Positions 1 through 9,975 of a stretch of 64,000 nucleotides of DNA are shown piece by piece. The stretch covers positions 1,504,001 to 1,568,000 of the forward strand of contig OY760505.1 in NCBI GenBank assembly GCA_963663545.1. Direction: 5' to 3'. Every line of letters starts with the position of its first letter. Position 1 is the stretch's first letter. Source of the DNA: Candidatus Delongbacteria bacterium. Lineage in GTDB: Bacteria > CAIWAD01. Below the pieces are notes generated by a model. That model was not told the origin of the DNA. It worked only from the letters and a program-made list of their open reading frames with translations, and did not search any database. A program made the translations under genes and the position numbers.

Positions 1-557
1 GCGGCACAGTGATACCGCATGGGAAGGGGGGCTTCAAGGAGCTCCCAACTCGCACCGTGGTCAACGCTGCGAGCCAGCAACCCTTCTCCGCCGCATAGCA
101 ACCCGTAGGATTCCCCGAAGACGAGATCCTCAATGGAGGACGGACGCCCTACCTGGAGCTGTACCAAGCTATCTGCCTGAACACGGAATACATACCCGGA
201 GTCACTTCCACACAAGATGCGCTTGTTGGTGAGGGCGATGCAGTTCATCGGCAAAGCCCATTTACTCCGAATCTTGTGCCAGCTTGTATCACAATCAGAC
301 CACGCTACCAGGCCTGAATCTCCACAGGCCCAGAGCCGCGGGCTATCCAAGACCAGTCCATTAATCTGCAGTCCACCCACCGGCGGCAGTACATTGTCCA
401 AGGTGATTGGCGGAAGCTCAACAACCATGCTATCGGCAGCTGTACTGTCTGACGGGCTTGGTGCATCCTCGCCAGGATCCGACCAACAGGGAAGTGTCAC
501 TGCAACCACAAGAACGAGCAGCAACCAACCGTGTATTCGATTTGTGATTTTGTGCAT
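1..557 (-). CDS. Secreted beta-propeller/BNR-repeat (Ycf48-like) protein, 3' part outside window
   Basis: Hand translation from ATG at 557: signal peptide MHKITNRIHGWLLLVLVVAVTLPCWS, then 'LWACGDSGLV', 'GGEGLLARSVDHGASW' (SxDxGxSW BNR motif); frame is open to the window edge. Confidence 0.6.
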   Translation of the reverse strand, partial: MHKITNRIHGWLLLVLVVAVTLPCWSDPGEDAPSPSDSTAADSMVVELPPITLDNVLPPVGGLQINGLVLDSPRLWACGDSGLVAWSDCDTSWHKIRSKWALPMNCIALTNKRILCGSDSGYVFRVQADSLVQLQVGRPSSIEDLVFGESYGLLCGGEGLLARSVDHGASWELLEAPLPMRYHCA

Positions 558-562
558 TGTTC

Positions 563-1852
563 TCAGAAAACTTGCCCCTGTGATACGTGGAAAACCGCGC
601 CCTTGCCAGGAGTCCAGGCGAGGTCCAAACTCACCACCTGCACAAAGGGCGCAAACACGCGCAACCCGATACCGAAACCACCGGCGGAAAGGGTACGGCC
701 ACTGTATGTATCACGCCAAATCGTACCACCATCAGCGAAAAGGACAATACCCAAACCGACATCGATATGGTTAAAGTATACGCGCCGCTCAACAAAAGGG
801 AAACGCAGCTCCAGGCTTCCATGAGCTAGGCTTTTACCGGACCAGTCGCCGGAAGCACCTGCGCGGACACTCTCCTTTCCGCCAAGGTAACGCATCTGAT
901 ACTCAGCGGTGCGGCCGTAGGTGCAAGCTGAAGCCAGTCGCCCTGCAAACACCAGATCCGGCAAACGTGGTAAGGTCCGGTAGGTGGCCAAGCTAGCGCC
1001 TGCACTGACACCTTCCGGTTGATGCGCGCCACCACCGCTAAAACCACCAAACGCAAATTCACAATTCGCACCGCGATGCGGATCGGCGTAATAATCCGTT
1101 GTATTACAGATCAATGAAAACCCGCCACTGCCATAGACATCCAGTCCACTCGGGTTGACCGTACGCCGCTCTATTGTGTCATCGTCAGTGATACGAACCT
1201 CACGCCAGGACACGACCGCGCGTGTCTTTCGTGTTCGCGTGATACGGTGTTCGTGTTCGATTTTAACAAGATGCGTCAGGTAGGAGTAGCTATCGTCATC
1301 ACTGTCCTGCTCCTTGCGCTGGAGCTCGAAATAGACAGGATCAGGCCTTCCACCAAACCACGGATCACGGTAGATGAGGCTGTAACTGTCAACATCACCC
1401 GTTACGGCTTCAATGAAGAGCTGCCTCCCCATGCCGCCCAGGTTGACATGAAGCATCCCCGCACCATAGCTCGTGCTAAGATTGTCGCCGAAATCCAGCA
1501 CAGGATAAACCATGTATCGCGGACGTTCGCTGACTGCGTAGCTGATGTCAACTTCGTGATGCACACTGTCAGGTGATACAGAGACGACCATTCGCGCAAA
1601 GAGCTCGGTGTTCTTGACGTGGTTCGCATCCTCAGCAAGCAGGCTGTCCGAGTATGCCGATCCCTCGCGCAACTCCAACTCGCGAAGGATCACGTCCGGC
1701 TTGGTGTGTCTAAGACCGATTGTTGCAATACGTGATACACGCCAACCCGTCCAATCCATTGCAGCGAGACTGTCCGAACCGGCACCAGACGCGGTCGCGC
1801 CGTGCGCAAAAAGGGGGAGAAATAGCAGCCAGAGAAGGCTACACGTCTTCAC
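563..1852 (-). CDS. Omp85/BamA-TamA family outer-membrane protein with one POTRA domain
   Basis: POTRA-like 'GLRHTKPDVILREL', barrel motifs 'LGGKESVRA', 'GFGIGLRV', C-terminal Phe. Probable GTG start at 1852 (ORF extends to 1900). Confidence 0.75.
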   Translation of the reverse strand: MKTCSLLWLLFLPLFAHGATASGAGSDSLAAMDWTGWRVSRIATIGLRHTKPDVILRELELREGSAYSDSLLAEDANHVKNTELFARMVVSVSPDSVHHEVDISYAVSERPRYMVYPVLDFGDNLSTSYGAGMLHVNLGGMGRQLFIEAVTGDVDSYSLIYRDPWFGGRPDPVYFELQRKEQDSDDDSYSYLTHLVKIEHEHRITRTRKTRAVVSWREVRITDDDTIERRTVNPSGLDVYGSGGFSLICNTTDYYADPHRGANCEFAFGGFSGGGAHQPEGVSAGASLATYRTLPRLPDLVFAGRLASACTYGRTAEYQMRYLGGKESVRAGASGDWSGKSLAHGSLELRFPFVERRVYFNHIDVGLGIVLFADGGTIWRDTYSGRTLSAGGFGIGLRVFAPFVQVVSLDLAWTPGKGAVFHVSQGQVF

Positions 1853-1853
1853 A

Positions 1854-2681
1854 TCAGCACCTGCGCAACACTTCCACAACAAGCGTCCGGAACACGCCAC
1901 GTGCTCTTTCCGCTACTTCGGTGACTTCGCTGTGATCCAACTGCTGGGCTGAAATTCCGGCAGCGTAGTTTGTAACACAACTGATCGGAACGGCGCACAA
2001 GCCGATATGACGTGCAGCAATCAGCTCCGGAATTGTGCTCATACCGACGATGTCTGCACCGATCCTGCCAAGCGTTCGGATCTCGGCAGGCGTTTCGTAG
2101 CTGGGACCCGTGACTCCACCCATTACCCCAACACGTAATGGAGTGGCCAGGTCACGAGCTGCATCCCGCACAATGGATGCCATTTCAGAACAAACAGAGG
2201 CAGACATATCAGGGAAACGAGGGCCCATTTCTGGATCGTTGGGACCGCGCAGCGGATTACGAAACATGAGATTGATCTGATCCTCGACGAGCACCAGATC
2301 ACCTGGGTGATACAAACGATTGATTGATCCGACAGCGTTTGTAAGTAACAGGTGTGTCACTCCCAACGCGGCCATCAACCGAACGGGGAACACGACCTGC
2401 TCCTGACTGTAGCCCTCATAGCCGTGTACTCGACCCTTAAGCGCCAACACAGGAACACCATCCAGCTCCCCCGCCACCAGACGCCCGGCATGGCCAACAA
2501 CTGTCGAAGGTGGAAATCCCGGGATCTCTTCAGTAGCGACATCCCGGGCCGAAGTCATTCCATCCACCAGCACACCAAGACCGCTGCCAAGCACAATTCC
2601 ACGCTGCGGGATTTCGCCCAGTCGATCGCGCACCCACTTAGCAGCCTGTGTCACATTCTCCGGAAGACGTACCGAGGTCAT
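1854..2681 (-). CDS. punA: Purine nucleoside phosphorylase (trimeric type)
   Basis: Motifs GIVLGSGLG, GRVHGYEG, GPSYETPAE, VGMSTIPE. Confidence 0.92.
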   Translation of the reverse strand: MTSVRLPENVTQAAKWVRDRLGEIPQRGIVLGSGLGVLVDGMTSARDVATEEIPGFPPSTVVGHAGRLVAGELDGVPVLALKGRVHGYEGYSQEQVVFPVRLMAALGVTHLLLTNAVGSINRLYHPGDLVLVEDQINLMFRNPLRGPNDPEMGPRFPDMSASVCSEMASIVRDAARDLATPLRVGVMGGVTGPSYETPAEIRTLGRIGADIVGMSTIPELIAARHIGLCAVPISCVTNYAAGISAQQLDHSEVTEVAERARGVFRTLVVEVLRRC

Positions 2682-2693
2682 TCCTACTCCGTG

Positions 2694-3992
2694 TTACAAA
2701 ACAAGGCCAGCAACGCAGGCTGTCAACCAACTGGCAATGGCACCACCGAACATGGCCTTGAGGCCTAGACGGGCCAGATCGCCTCGTCGCTCGGGAGCCA
2801 GAGCAGAGATTCCACCGATCTGGATACCGATGGAGCTGAAATTGGCGAAGCCGCAGAGGGCGTAGGTAGCAATGATCTGAGCGCGCTCAGAAATCACGCC
2901 ATTGTGGATATACTCAGCCAGCGTCGCGTAGCCGACGAACTCGTTCACTGCCAACTTGATTCCCAACAGATTTCCTACGTGCGTGGCATCATGCAGCGGC
3001 ACACCCATAATGAAGGCCAACGGGGACAACAGCGTGCCAAACAAGGTGCGCAGACTACCCGGGAACCACCCTGCGTACTCACCCGATTCCTGTAACACGC
3101 CACCCAGCATTTTGCCGTCGATCAGGTGATCCACGCCACCAAGCACCCAGTCCACCATGGCAATCAACGCAATGAAGGAAACCAGCATGGCGCCGACGTT
3201 TACAGCCAGCTTGAGACCATCTGTGGTTCCGCGCGCAGCCGCATCCACCAGATTGTCACCGGAATCGATGTCCGGCAGTTCAATAACGCCTGCCGTAGCC
3301 GACTTTTCGGTTTCGGGATAAATGATCTTACCCACAACCAGCGCGGCCGGAGCAGACATCACTGAAGCCACAACCAGGTGTCCAGCACTGACGCCCATGC
3401 CGATGTAACCCGCCAGCACACCGCCAGCAACTGTAGCAAAGCCGCCAACCATCACGGTAAGCAACTCACTATTGGTCATTTTGGAAAGGAAGGGCTTAAT
3501 CAACAGCGGGGCTTCTGTCTGGCCGACAAAGATATTGGCCGAGACGGAAAGCGTCTCAGATCCGCTGGTACCCAAGGCTTTCTGCATCACGCGGGCAAGG
3601 AATTTGATGACGTGCTGCATCACGCCAGCGTAATACATGATGGACATGAAAGCCGAAAAGAAAATGATGGTAGGCAGCACCTTGAAGGCAAACTGGTAGC
3701 CAAATCCTGGCCAGAACTTACCATCAGTGAAGTAGTGGGCAGGGTCGGCAAGATTGCCAAAGAGAAAGCTGGCACCTTTGTCCGACAGGGACAGGAAAGA
3801 GGCAACGAAGTCGGCAAACCATCGGAAAGCAATTTTCCCGGGTTCCCAGTACAGCAACAGAAAACCCAGCACAAGCTGGATGCTGATACCCACGACGACG
3901 GTGCGAACATTGATCTTGCGCTTGTTGTTGGACATGAGGAAGGCAATACCCAGCAGTACAAGCATGCCAACCAGGCTCATCAATCTTTCCAT
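2694..3992 (-). CDS. nupC: Concentrative nucleoside transporter (CNT/NupC family)
   Basis: Motifs NIFVGQTEAP, GFATVAG, NEFVGY, CGFANFSSIGIQIGG. Confidence 0.92.
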   Translation of the reverse strand: MERLMSLVGMLVLLGIAFLMSNNKRKINVRTVVVGISIQLVLGFLLLYWEPGKIAFRWFADFVASFLSLSDKGASFLFGNLADPAHYFTDGKFWPGFGYQFAFKVLPTIIFFSAFMSIMYYAGVMQHVIKFLARVMQKALGTSGSETLSVSANIFVGQTEAPLLIKPFLSKMTNSELLTVMVGGFATVAGGVLAGYIGMGVSAGHLVVASVMSAPAALVVGKIIYPETEKSATAGVIELPDIDSGDNLVDAAARGTTDGLKLAVNVGAMLVSFIALIAMVDWVLGGVDHLIDGKMLGGVLQESGEYAGWFPGSLRTLFGTLLSPLAFIMGVPLHDATHVGNLLGIKLAVNEFVGYATLAEYIHNGVISERAQIIATYALCGFANFSSIGIQIGGISALAPERRGDLARLGLKAMFGGAIASWLTACVAGLVL

Positions 3993-3995
3993 CAC

Positions 3996-4622
3996 TTACC
4001 TCTGGCTTTGCTCTGAAGGTGATTCAGTTCTCTGTGACACAAACAGACCTAGTTGTTCTTCGCGGGGAACCACGAAGCAACTACGGCAGCGCGCCTCGTA
4101 CACATCGCGGGCGCCAAGCAGCACCTGCTCGTCATCCAGTGTGAGACGCTGGGAGAAATTAGCTGGCTGGCCGCAGACGACACAGATGGCCATATTTTTA
4201 GTGACAAACTCAGCTACCGCCATCAAATCAGGCATGGGGGGAAAGGGTTTGCCACGAAAATCTTTATCTAACCCGGCAACAATCACACGCCGCCCCTCAC
4301 GGGCCAGCTTCTCGCATACGGCCACGATACCAGCATCAAAAAACTGCACTTCGTCAATGGCAACAACATTCTCGTCGCCCAGCCGCTTCAGAATGGCATC
4401 GGATGACTTGACCGTGACACAGGGGATGCTCTGATCGTTGTGTGATACAACTTCGGTCTTGCTGTAGCGTGTATCGACTGTTGGCTTGAATACGATGACT
4501 TCTTTCCGGGCGATGCGCGCCAGTCGCAGTCGACGGATCAACTCCTCCGTCTTGCCGGAATACATGGAACCGCAAATGACTTCAATCCAGCCGTTGCCCG
4601 GGTGCATGATGCTTGCTGGCAT
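3996..4622 (-). CDS. tdk: Thymidine kinase
   Basis: GSMYSGKTEELIR P-loop, IDEVQFF, zinc-binding CxxC pairs; AGGAGG RBS before ATG 4622. Confidence 0.95.
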   Translation of the reverse strand: MPASIMHPGNGWIEVICGSMYSGKTEELIRRLRLARIARKEVIVFKPTVDTRYSKTEVVSHNDQSIPCVTVKSSDAILKRLGDENVVAIDEVQFFDAGIVAVCEKLAREGRRVIVAGLDKDFRGKPFPPMPDLMAVAEFVTKNMAICVVCGQPANFSQRLTLDDEQVLLGARDVYEARCRSCFVVPREEQLGLFVSQRTESPSEQSQR

Positions 4623-4630
4623 GGGCCTCC

Positions 4631-5275
4631 TCAAGCCTTGTCCAGGCTGCGAAGCAGCGAGGCAATCTTGGTCTGCAACAAATCGACGGCCACCAGATTG
4701 CGACCGCCTTGGGGAATGATGATGTCCGCGAAACGCTTTGTTGGCTCGATGAACTGCATGTGCATCGGTCGCACCACCTGCTCATACTGGTCGATGACGC
4801 TGTCCAGACTGCGGCCGCGCTCCTTTACGTCACGGCGCAAACGACGAATAAAGCGCACGTCACTGTCCGTGTCGACAAAAACCATGATATCCATCATGTC
4901 GCGCAGTTCGGGCGAGTGTAACACAAGAATGCCTTCGAGAATCACAACCAAGTGGTTCTCTAGTAACACGCACTTGTCTTTGCTGCGTGCATGTTCCACA
5001 TAGTCGTAAACAGGCATCTCGATGGATTCACCGCGAAGAAGACACGCCATGTGTTCCAACAGGAGTTCGTGATCGAATGCGTCGGGGTGATCGTAGTTGA
5101 CGCGTTTGCGCTCGTCCAGACTTAGCTCCCAGTTGGCGCGATAGTAGCTATCCTGCTCCACCACAACCACACGGTCACTACCCAGGCGCTCAACCAGTGT
5201 GCGTGCCACAAGGGTTTTACCGGATCCCGATCCGCCCGCAATTCCTATCAGGATTGGTTTGACGCTTTTGCTCAT
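4631..5275 (-). CDS. udk: Uridine kinase
   Basis: GIAGGSGSGKT, NYDHPDAFD, RRLRRDVKERGR. Confidence 0.95.
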   Translation of the reverse strand: MSKSVKPILIGIAGGSGSGKTLVARTLVERLGSDRVVVVEQDSYYRANWELSLDERKRVNYDHPDAFDHELLLEHMACLLRGESIEMPVYDYVEHARSKDKCVLLENHLVVILEGILVLHSPELRDMMDIMVFVDTDSDVRFIRRLRRDVKERGRSLDSVIDQYEQVVRPMHMQFIEPTKRFADIIIPQGGRNLVAVDLLQTKIASLLRSLDKA

Positions 5276-5676
5276 CGCTTTTCCAGGTACTCCGGGCTGA
5301 ATCCATAGGGCAGGAGTCCCCCAATCGTCTCTTCGCGTACTTCCTGGCCGTTGCCCATGACGACCAGCAATTCAGGCGCATAGTCGTACAGGAGCTGTCG
5401 ACAAGCACCACAGGGTGGAACCGCAGACGGCCCTTCGGCGACAACGGCTATTGTATCAAACTCACTCTCGCCTGCTGCAAGGGCAGTGAAGAGCGCAACT
5501 CGTTCGGCACAGCACGACAGGCCGTATGAGCTGGACTCTACATTGCTTCCCGTAAATACCCGACCCGACTTCGTGTGTAGCGCCGCGCCCACGGCGAACT
5601 TGCTATAGCGACAATTCGCGCGTTCGCGGGCTTCCCAGGCCGCTTCAAGCAGAACCTTGTGATCAGCTGTAGACAT
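5272..5676 (-). CDS. cdd: Cytidine deaminase (homotetrameric)
   Basis: YSKFAVGAA, CAER, PCGACRQ zinc motifs. Confidence 0.95.
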   Translation of the reverse strand: MSTADHKVLLEAAWEARERANCRYSKFAVGAALHTKSGRVFTGSNVESSSYGLSCCAERVALFTALAAGESEFDTIAVVAEGPSAVPPCGACRQLLYDYAPELLVVMGNGQEVREETIGGLLPYGFSPEYLEKR

Positions 5677-5848
5677 CGCACTTCTCCAGGAGAGCTACCG
5701 GCACCCAGACAGTCTGAATGCGAGTACACGCAGTGTTTCCGGACCCGCAGGGCAATAGACCGACAAGCACCCAGCTCCTCTGGAATGCCGATCAATGGCC
5801 ACTCCGGCGTTTACCCGGAACCCAAGAGTGTAACAAATGGCGAGGGGG

Positions 5849-6394
5849 CTATTCCTCAGCTTCGGCAAAGACCTGGGCTTCAAAGACGCGAAAAGCGCAC
5901 TCCGGGCCCGTCCAGGCATCTGCGGGTAGACCTGCTTTGCGACACAAATGATGAAGCATCTGTTCGCGCGTCCAGCCCTGCTCCGGAGCTACTTGCGGCA
6001 GAAAGACCGCACTCCGTCCGCGCAAGGAAAGTATCACGCCGTGACGTCCTATTTCGATTCTGTGGAAGCTCTCCACATCTTGGGGTTCGCTCAGCACACT
6101 GATCTCAACTGTGCACTGTTCCCACTCATCAGGCTTAATACCGGGAAAACGCGGATCATCAAAAGCGGCTGCAATTGCCATACGCTGCAGTGTTCGCCCC
6201 AGGGGTAACGCGGCCTCAATCATACCGATGCAGCCCCGCAAATATCCAGCCTTCTGCAGTGTCACAAAAGCGCCACAGGGATTGGCAAAAACGCCCTCAG
6301 CGGGAACGTCCGGCGGATCCTGCTGGTGCAGCGCACTGGTGATGAGTTGCCGCACGTAGGTAAGGGCACGACGCTGCTCTTCGTGATTCAACAT
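5849..6394 (-). CDS. amrA: AMMECR1-domain protein (AmmeMemoRadiSam protein A)
   Basis: GAFVTL, LRGCIG, DPRF, FLPQVA, LCRKAGL. Confidence 0.9.
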   Translation of the reverse strand: MLNHEEQRRALTYVRQLITSALHQQDPPDVPAEGVFANPCGAFVTLQKAGYLRGCIGMIEAALPLGRTLQRMAIAAAFDDPRFPGIKPDEWEQCTVEISVLSEPQDVESFHRIEIGRHGVILSLRGRSAVFLPQVAPEQGWTREQMLHHLCRKAGLPADAWTGPECAFRVFEAQVFAEAEE

Positions 6395-6405
6395 GAAGCC
6401 GCTCC

Positions 6406-7863
6406 TTATGGATTCCAACGTCCGTCTATGGATGACACGGCCTCAGGGTTCTGACGCAAAGCTTGTATCACAATATCCCGATCAATCCGGCCACTGTGTA
6501 TCACGGAATGCTCGCGCGCCTGCAACCAGGGAAAGGCCGACACCTTGCTCCATACGTAGTCGGAAATGGCAACCCTATAGAGCTGGTCTTCTTTCATTGC
6601 CCCTTCCGGCAGGTCGAAGCCGACAAGTGCGTGATCATCATTAAATCGAGCTCGCATACCGTCAAACTGCAGAAACTCGAACTCACCACGTAGGATGGCT
6701 TGGTAAGTTTCCAGCAGTTCACTTCCGCTCAACTCCACCAACAGCATCTCATTGCCGAAGGGCGCAATCTCCCAAGCATCCCGCAGCGTTATTGGACCCG
6801 CCATCAGGTCTTTGCGAATGCCTCCCGAATTCCATAAAGCAAGGTCGGTGTTCAATTGATTGCGGACTTGCGCGGTCAGCCAATTGCCAATGTTGGACTC
6901 ACCAGCGAAAACGCGCACCCAGTCTGAATGCAGCGTCCCGATTTGTTCGCCAAGAAGCTCCTCTACACGCATTTCCTGCCGTGATACAAACGCCGCCATT
7001 TCCGCATTAGGTTCGGCCAATGATGTCTCTAGCGGCAACAATCCACCACGGAATTCCACCAAACCAATTCCTGGCTCAACAATAAGTGTATCAACGCCCA
7101 CGTGATACAATTGTGCACCCGTCTGCACGATCCATGTTTGTGCCACCTGCGCCGGTGGATGTATCACGGTATGCGAATGTCCGCCAATGATCAGATCAAA
7201 ACCGGGCGTTGTTGCCGCCAACAGCGAATCGGCAAACCAACCACGATGCGAAAGGGCAATGCGCAGATCGGCCTGACCGTCCGTCTCCTCTAACCACTGT
7301 GCCGCCACTTCAAAGGAGTTCATGACATGCACGCCGTGAGTGGCAGCATCGCTGCATAGGCCGTGCAAATCGTCGGGAACCAGCCCCAGCACCAGAATCT
7401 CGACCCCCTCGCGCTGCATGTGCATTTCGCGCTGGAAGGGAAAGCCACCATCATCACGCTGAAGGTTGGCCGCCAGCAGCGGTAGTCCGCTCGCTTTCGC
7501 CAAGCTATCCAGGCGGGTAAACCCGTAGTCGAATTCGTGATTGCCCACACAGATGGCATCCGGTGCGAGCCGTCTCATGACCTCAATGCAACCTTCACCG
7601 CGCGTCAAGGTGCTGATAGGCGTGCCCTGAAAAAAATCTCCAGCGTCCAGGTAGAGCACGGCATCCTCGTGCTGTGTGCGCATTTCGACCAGCAGACCGT
7701 CAAGAACCGGTGCCCCGCCCAATTCGAGGCGACCTTCTCCATAACGCGCCTGGCGCGGCGCAAACCAACTGTGTATGTCATTTGTGTGCACAAGATAAAT
7801 CGCCCGTGGTGTGGCCAGAACCTGTGTCGCCAGCAGGAATAAGCTCAGGATTGAAACCCGCAT
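6406..7863 (-). CDS. Secreted 5'-nucleotidase/UDP-sugar hydrolase
   Basis: Signal peptide; HTNDIH, DAGD, GNHEFD, GGHSH, NSGGIR. Confidence 0.9.
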   Translation of the reverse strand: MRVSILSLFLLATQVLATPRAIYLVHTNDIHSWFAPRQARYGEGRLELGGAPVLDGLLVEMRTQHEDAVLYLDAGDFFQGTPISTLTRGEGCIEVMRRLAPDAICVGNHEFDYGFTRLDSLAKASGLPLLAANLQRDDGGFPFQREMHMQREGVEILVLGLVPDDLHGLCSDAATHGVHVMNSFEVAAQWLEETDGQADLRIALSHRGWFADSLLAATTPGFDLIIGGHSHTVIHPPAQVAQTWIVQTGAQLYHVGVDTLIVEPGIGLVEFRGGLLPLETSLAEPNAEMAAFVSRQEMRVEELLGEQIGTLHSDWVRVFAGESNIGNWLTAQVRNQLNTDLALWNSGGIRKDLMAGPITLRDAWEIAPFGNEMLLVELSGSELLETYQAILRGEFEFLQFDGMRARFNDDHALVGFDLPEGAMKEDQLYRVAISDYVWSKVSAFPWLQAREHSVIHSGRIDRDIVIQALRQNPEAVSSIDGRWNP

Positions 7864-8078
7864 GATCGTCTCCCGTCGGTGTTTGCTTCGCTGGAATGTA
7901 AGATTCCCGGGAACCTTAACACGGCTTCCGAGTAGACAGCCAGCACGACGACGGGTAGCCGCCGTCCGAACCAGCCCACCTCACTCGCCGCTCCGCGGCA
8001 TCCCATCGATTCAATGTGACAAGCAGTCGGGTCGCTTCCCCTAGAAGGGATCCGACTACCATTCCAAGGAGTACTAAA

Positions 8079-8933
8079 ATGCGTACAAGGAAGCACGAAC
8101 TGGCGCTTACCGCCGCTGGTATGCTACTACTCAGCCTTGTTCTGGGATTGCTTTTCAGTGGTTGTGAGGAAGAATCCGGTAGCCTACAGCCAGCCACACA
8201 ACAACTCGAGACAAGCATCCAGGGCACTTCGACCGAACCGCCAATCCTGCGGATCATCTGTTTTCTGTTTCCAATGCTGCCTTTCTGCCACTCATACTAC
8301 AATTCCCTTGAGTCTACTCTGCACTATCCGGGTGAGGATGGATGGCGTCCCACGGCTCGGGAAGTAGTGCAATACGGCCCATGGCACAATGCATGTCTGG
8401 ATAGCTGGGTGGAACTCGAATTCGATCCCGTGCGATGCTACGACAGCTTTCTTCACCTGGCGCAGGACTACGACATTCGCTTGCCCAGGAATGCAGAATA
8501 CCACGAGCAGATCCGCGCCTGCTTCGCCATGCTCGGCGAGGGCACTGTGAGCGTGGATCAGATCCCCAGTCCGCAGCAACTGCTTCAATGGTGGCGGATG
8601 CGCCCCTCTGAGGCACCGCTGGCAAGAAACGCCAAGGCCGATGCGCTGATTGCAGGTCTCGCTGATGGAATCTCGCCAACTGAGATCAAGGAATGGCGGG
8701 GGCTTCCAAACACAGTCGCTGCCGATGACACTCTGGGCAAATGGATGGCCAACACAATGCTTGCCAGCGTGGAATGGTGGACGTCTCGCGAGAGCAACGT
8801 GGACTGGATTCCCTGGGGAGTATCAGCAGATCTGTCAGCCTTGACCGCAACTACGAATCCGACCGTTATTGGAATTGCCTCTGCGGCAGGTGTAATCGCC
8901 GATCTCCTCAGCTTCTTCAGAGATCGAAATTAA
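8079..8933 (+). CDS. Hypothetical lipoprotein
   Basis: AAGGAG RBS, ATG 8079, lipobox-like LFSGC, hydrophobic C-terminus. Confidence 0.6.
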   Translation: MRTRKHELALTAAGMLLLSLVLGLLFSGCEEESGSLQPATQQLETSIQGTSTEPPILRIICFLFPMLPFCHSYYNSLESTLHYPGEDGWRPTAREVVQYGPWHNACLDSWVELEFDPVRCYDSFLHLAQDYDIRLPRNAEYHEQIRACFAMLGEGTVSVDQIPSPQQLLQWWRMRPSEAPLARNAKADALIAGLADGISPTEIKEWRGLPNTVAADDTLGKWMANTMLASVEWWTSRESNVDWIPWGVSADLSALTATTNPTVIGIASAAGVIADLLSFFRDRN

Positions 8934-8982
8934 TGAGCAAGGGCCCGCAAGGGCCCCTGATTTACTGCGCTAGTGTCTGTAC

Positions 8983-9858
8983 TTACTTGCTCACGGGGCC
9001 CTCACTATGCATGGCCTCGTCAGCATGATAGCTGCTTCGTACAAGCGGACCGGACTGCATGCGCTCGATACCGATGGATCGGCCGAAGTCCGCGTATTCG
9101 TTGAAGACATCCGGATGGACGTAGCGCTCAACGTCGTGAAGATCCCTACGCGGTTGCAGGTACTGACCGATTGTCACGAAGGAAACGCCCACTGCAGCAA
9201 GATCGCGCAGCGTGTCCTTTACTTCGTCGTCGGTTTCACCAAGCCCGACCATCATACCGCTCTTGGTGTAGAAGCCTGCTTTGACCGAGCGTTCAAGCAG
9301 CGTGAGGCTTTGTTTGTAATCCGCCTGGGGACGTACATCGCTGTAAAGACGCGGAACCGTCTCGATGTTGTGGTTGAGTACGTCGGGACGCTCGTTCAGC
9401 ACCAACTGCAGACAGGCACGGTCGCCCTTGAAATCGGGAATCAAGACCTCAACTGTGACTTCAGGCAAGCGCTGATGGAAGAGATGTAACACAAGGGCAA
9501 AGAGCCCGGCGCCCCCATCGGGGAGCTCGTCGCGATCGACACTTGTAATGACAACGTGCTTAAGCTTCATCTGCTCAGCTGCACTAACAACGCGCTCGGC
9601 CTCGCCCCAGTCGATAATTCCAGGACGTCCTGTCTTCACGTTACAGAAGCGGCAGGAACGCGTGCATGTATCACCAAGAATCATGAAGGTCGCAGTACCG
9701 CGATGCCAACAGTCGTGCATGTTTGGACAACGCGCTTCCTCACAAACCGTGCACAAGCGCTCCTTCTTGAGCAGCTGGTTTACGCGTCTCACGTTTTCGC
9801 CTGAAGGTATGCGAATCTTCAACCAATCCGGTTTGCGGGGGCTATTGCCTGAGGTCAT
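8983..9858 (-). CDS. lipA: Lipoyl synthase
   Basis: KPDWLK, CEEARCPNMHDCW, CTRSCRFC, RSSYHA. Confidence 0.96.
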   Translation of the reverse strand: MTSGNSPRKPDWLKIRIPSGENVRRVNQLLKKERLCTVCEEARCPNMHDCWHRGTATFMILGDTCTRSCRFCNVKTGRPGIIDWGEAERVVSAAEQMKLKHVVITSVDRDELPDGGAGLFALVLHLFHQRLPEVTVEVLIPDFKGDRACLQLVLNERPDVLNHNIETVPRLYSDVRPQADYKQSLTLLERSVKAGFYTKSGMMVGLGETDDEVKDTLRDLAAVGVSFVTIGQYLQPRRDLHDVERYVHPDVFNEYADFGRSIGIERMQSGPLVRSSYHADEAMHSEGPVSK

Positions 9859-9975
9859 GGGATCACTCCGAAAGGAAATGTGGATCAAAGTATGCACCGG
9901 CAGCCAGGCTGGGCGCAGAACAAAGAATGAAGGCGGACAAGTAAACGAAAGAGCGGAGCGAGACAAAATGCCCCG

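Noticed and set aside
5686..5783. SRP (4.5S) RNA
   Set aside because: It has GGTCCGGAA but lacks the conserved CAGG...GGAAGCAG internal-loop pairing.
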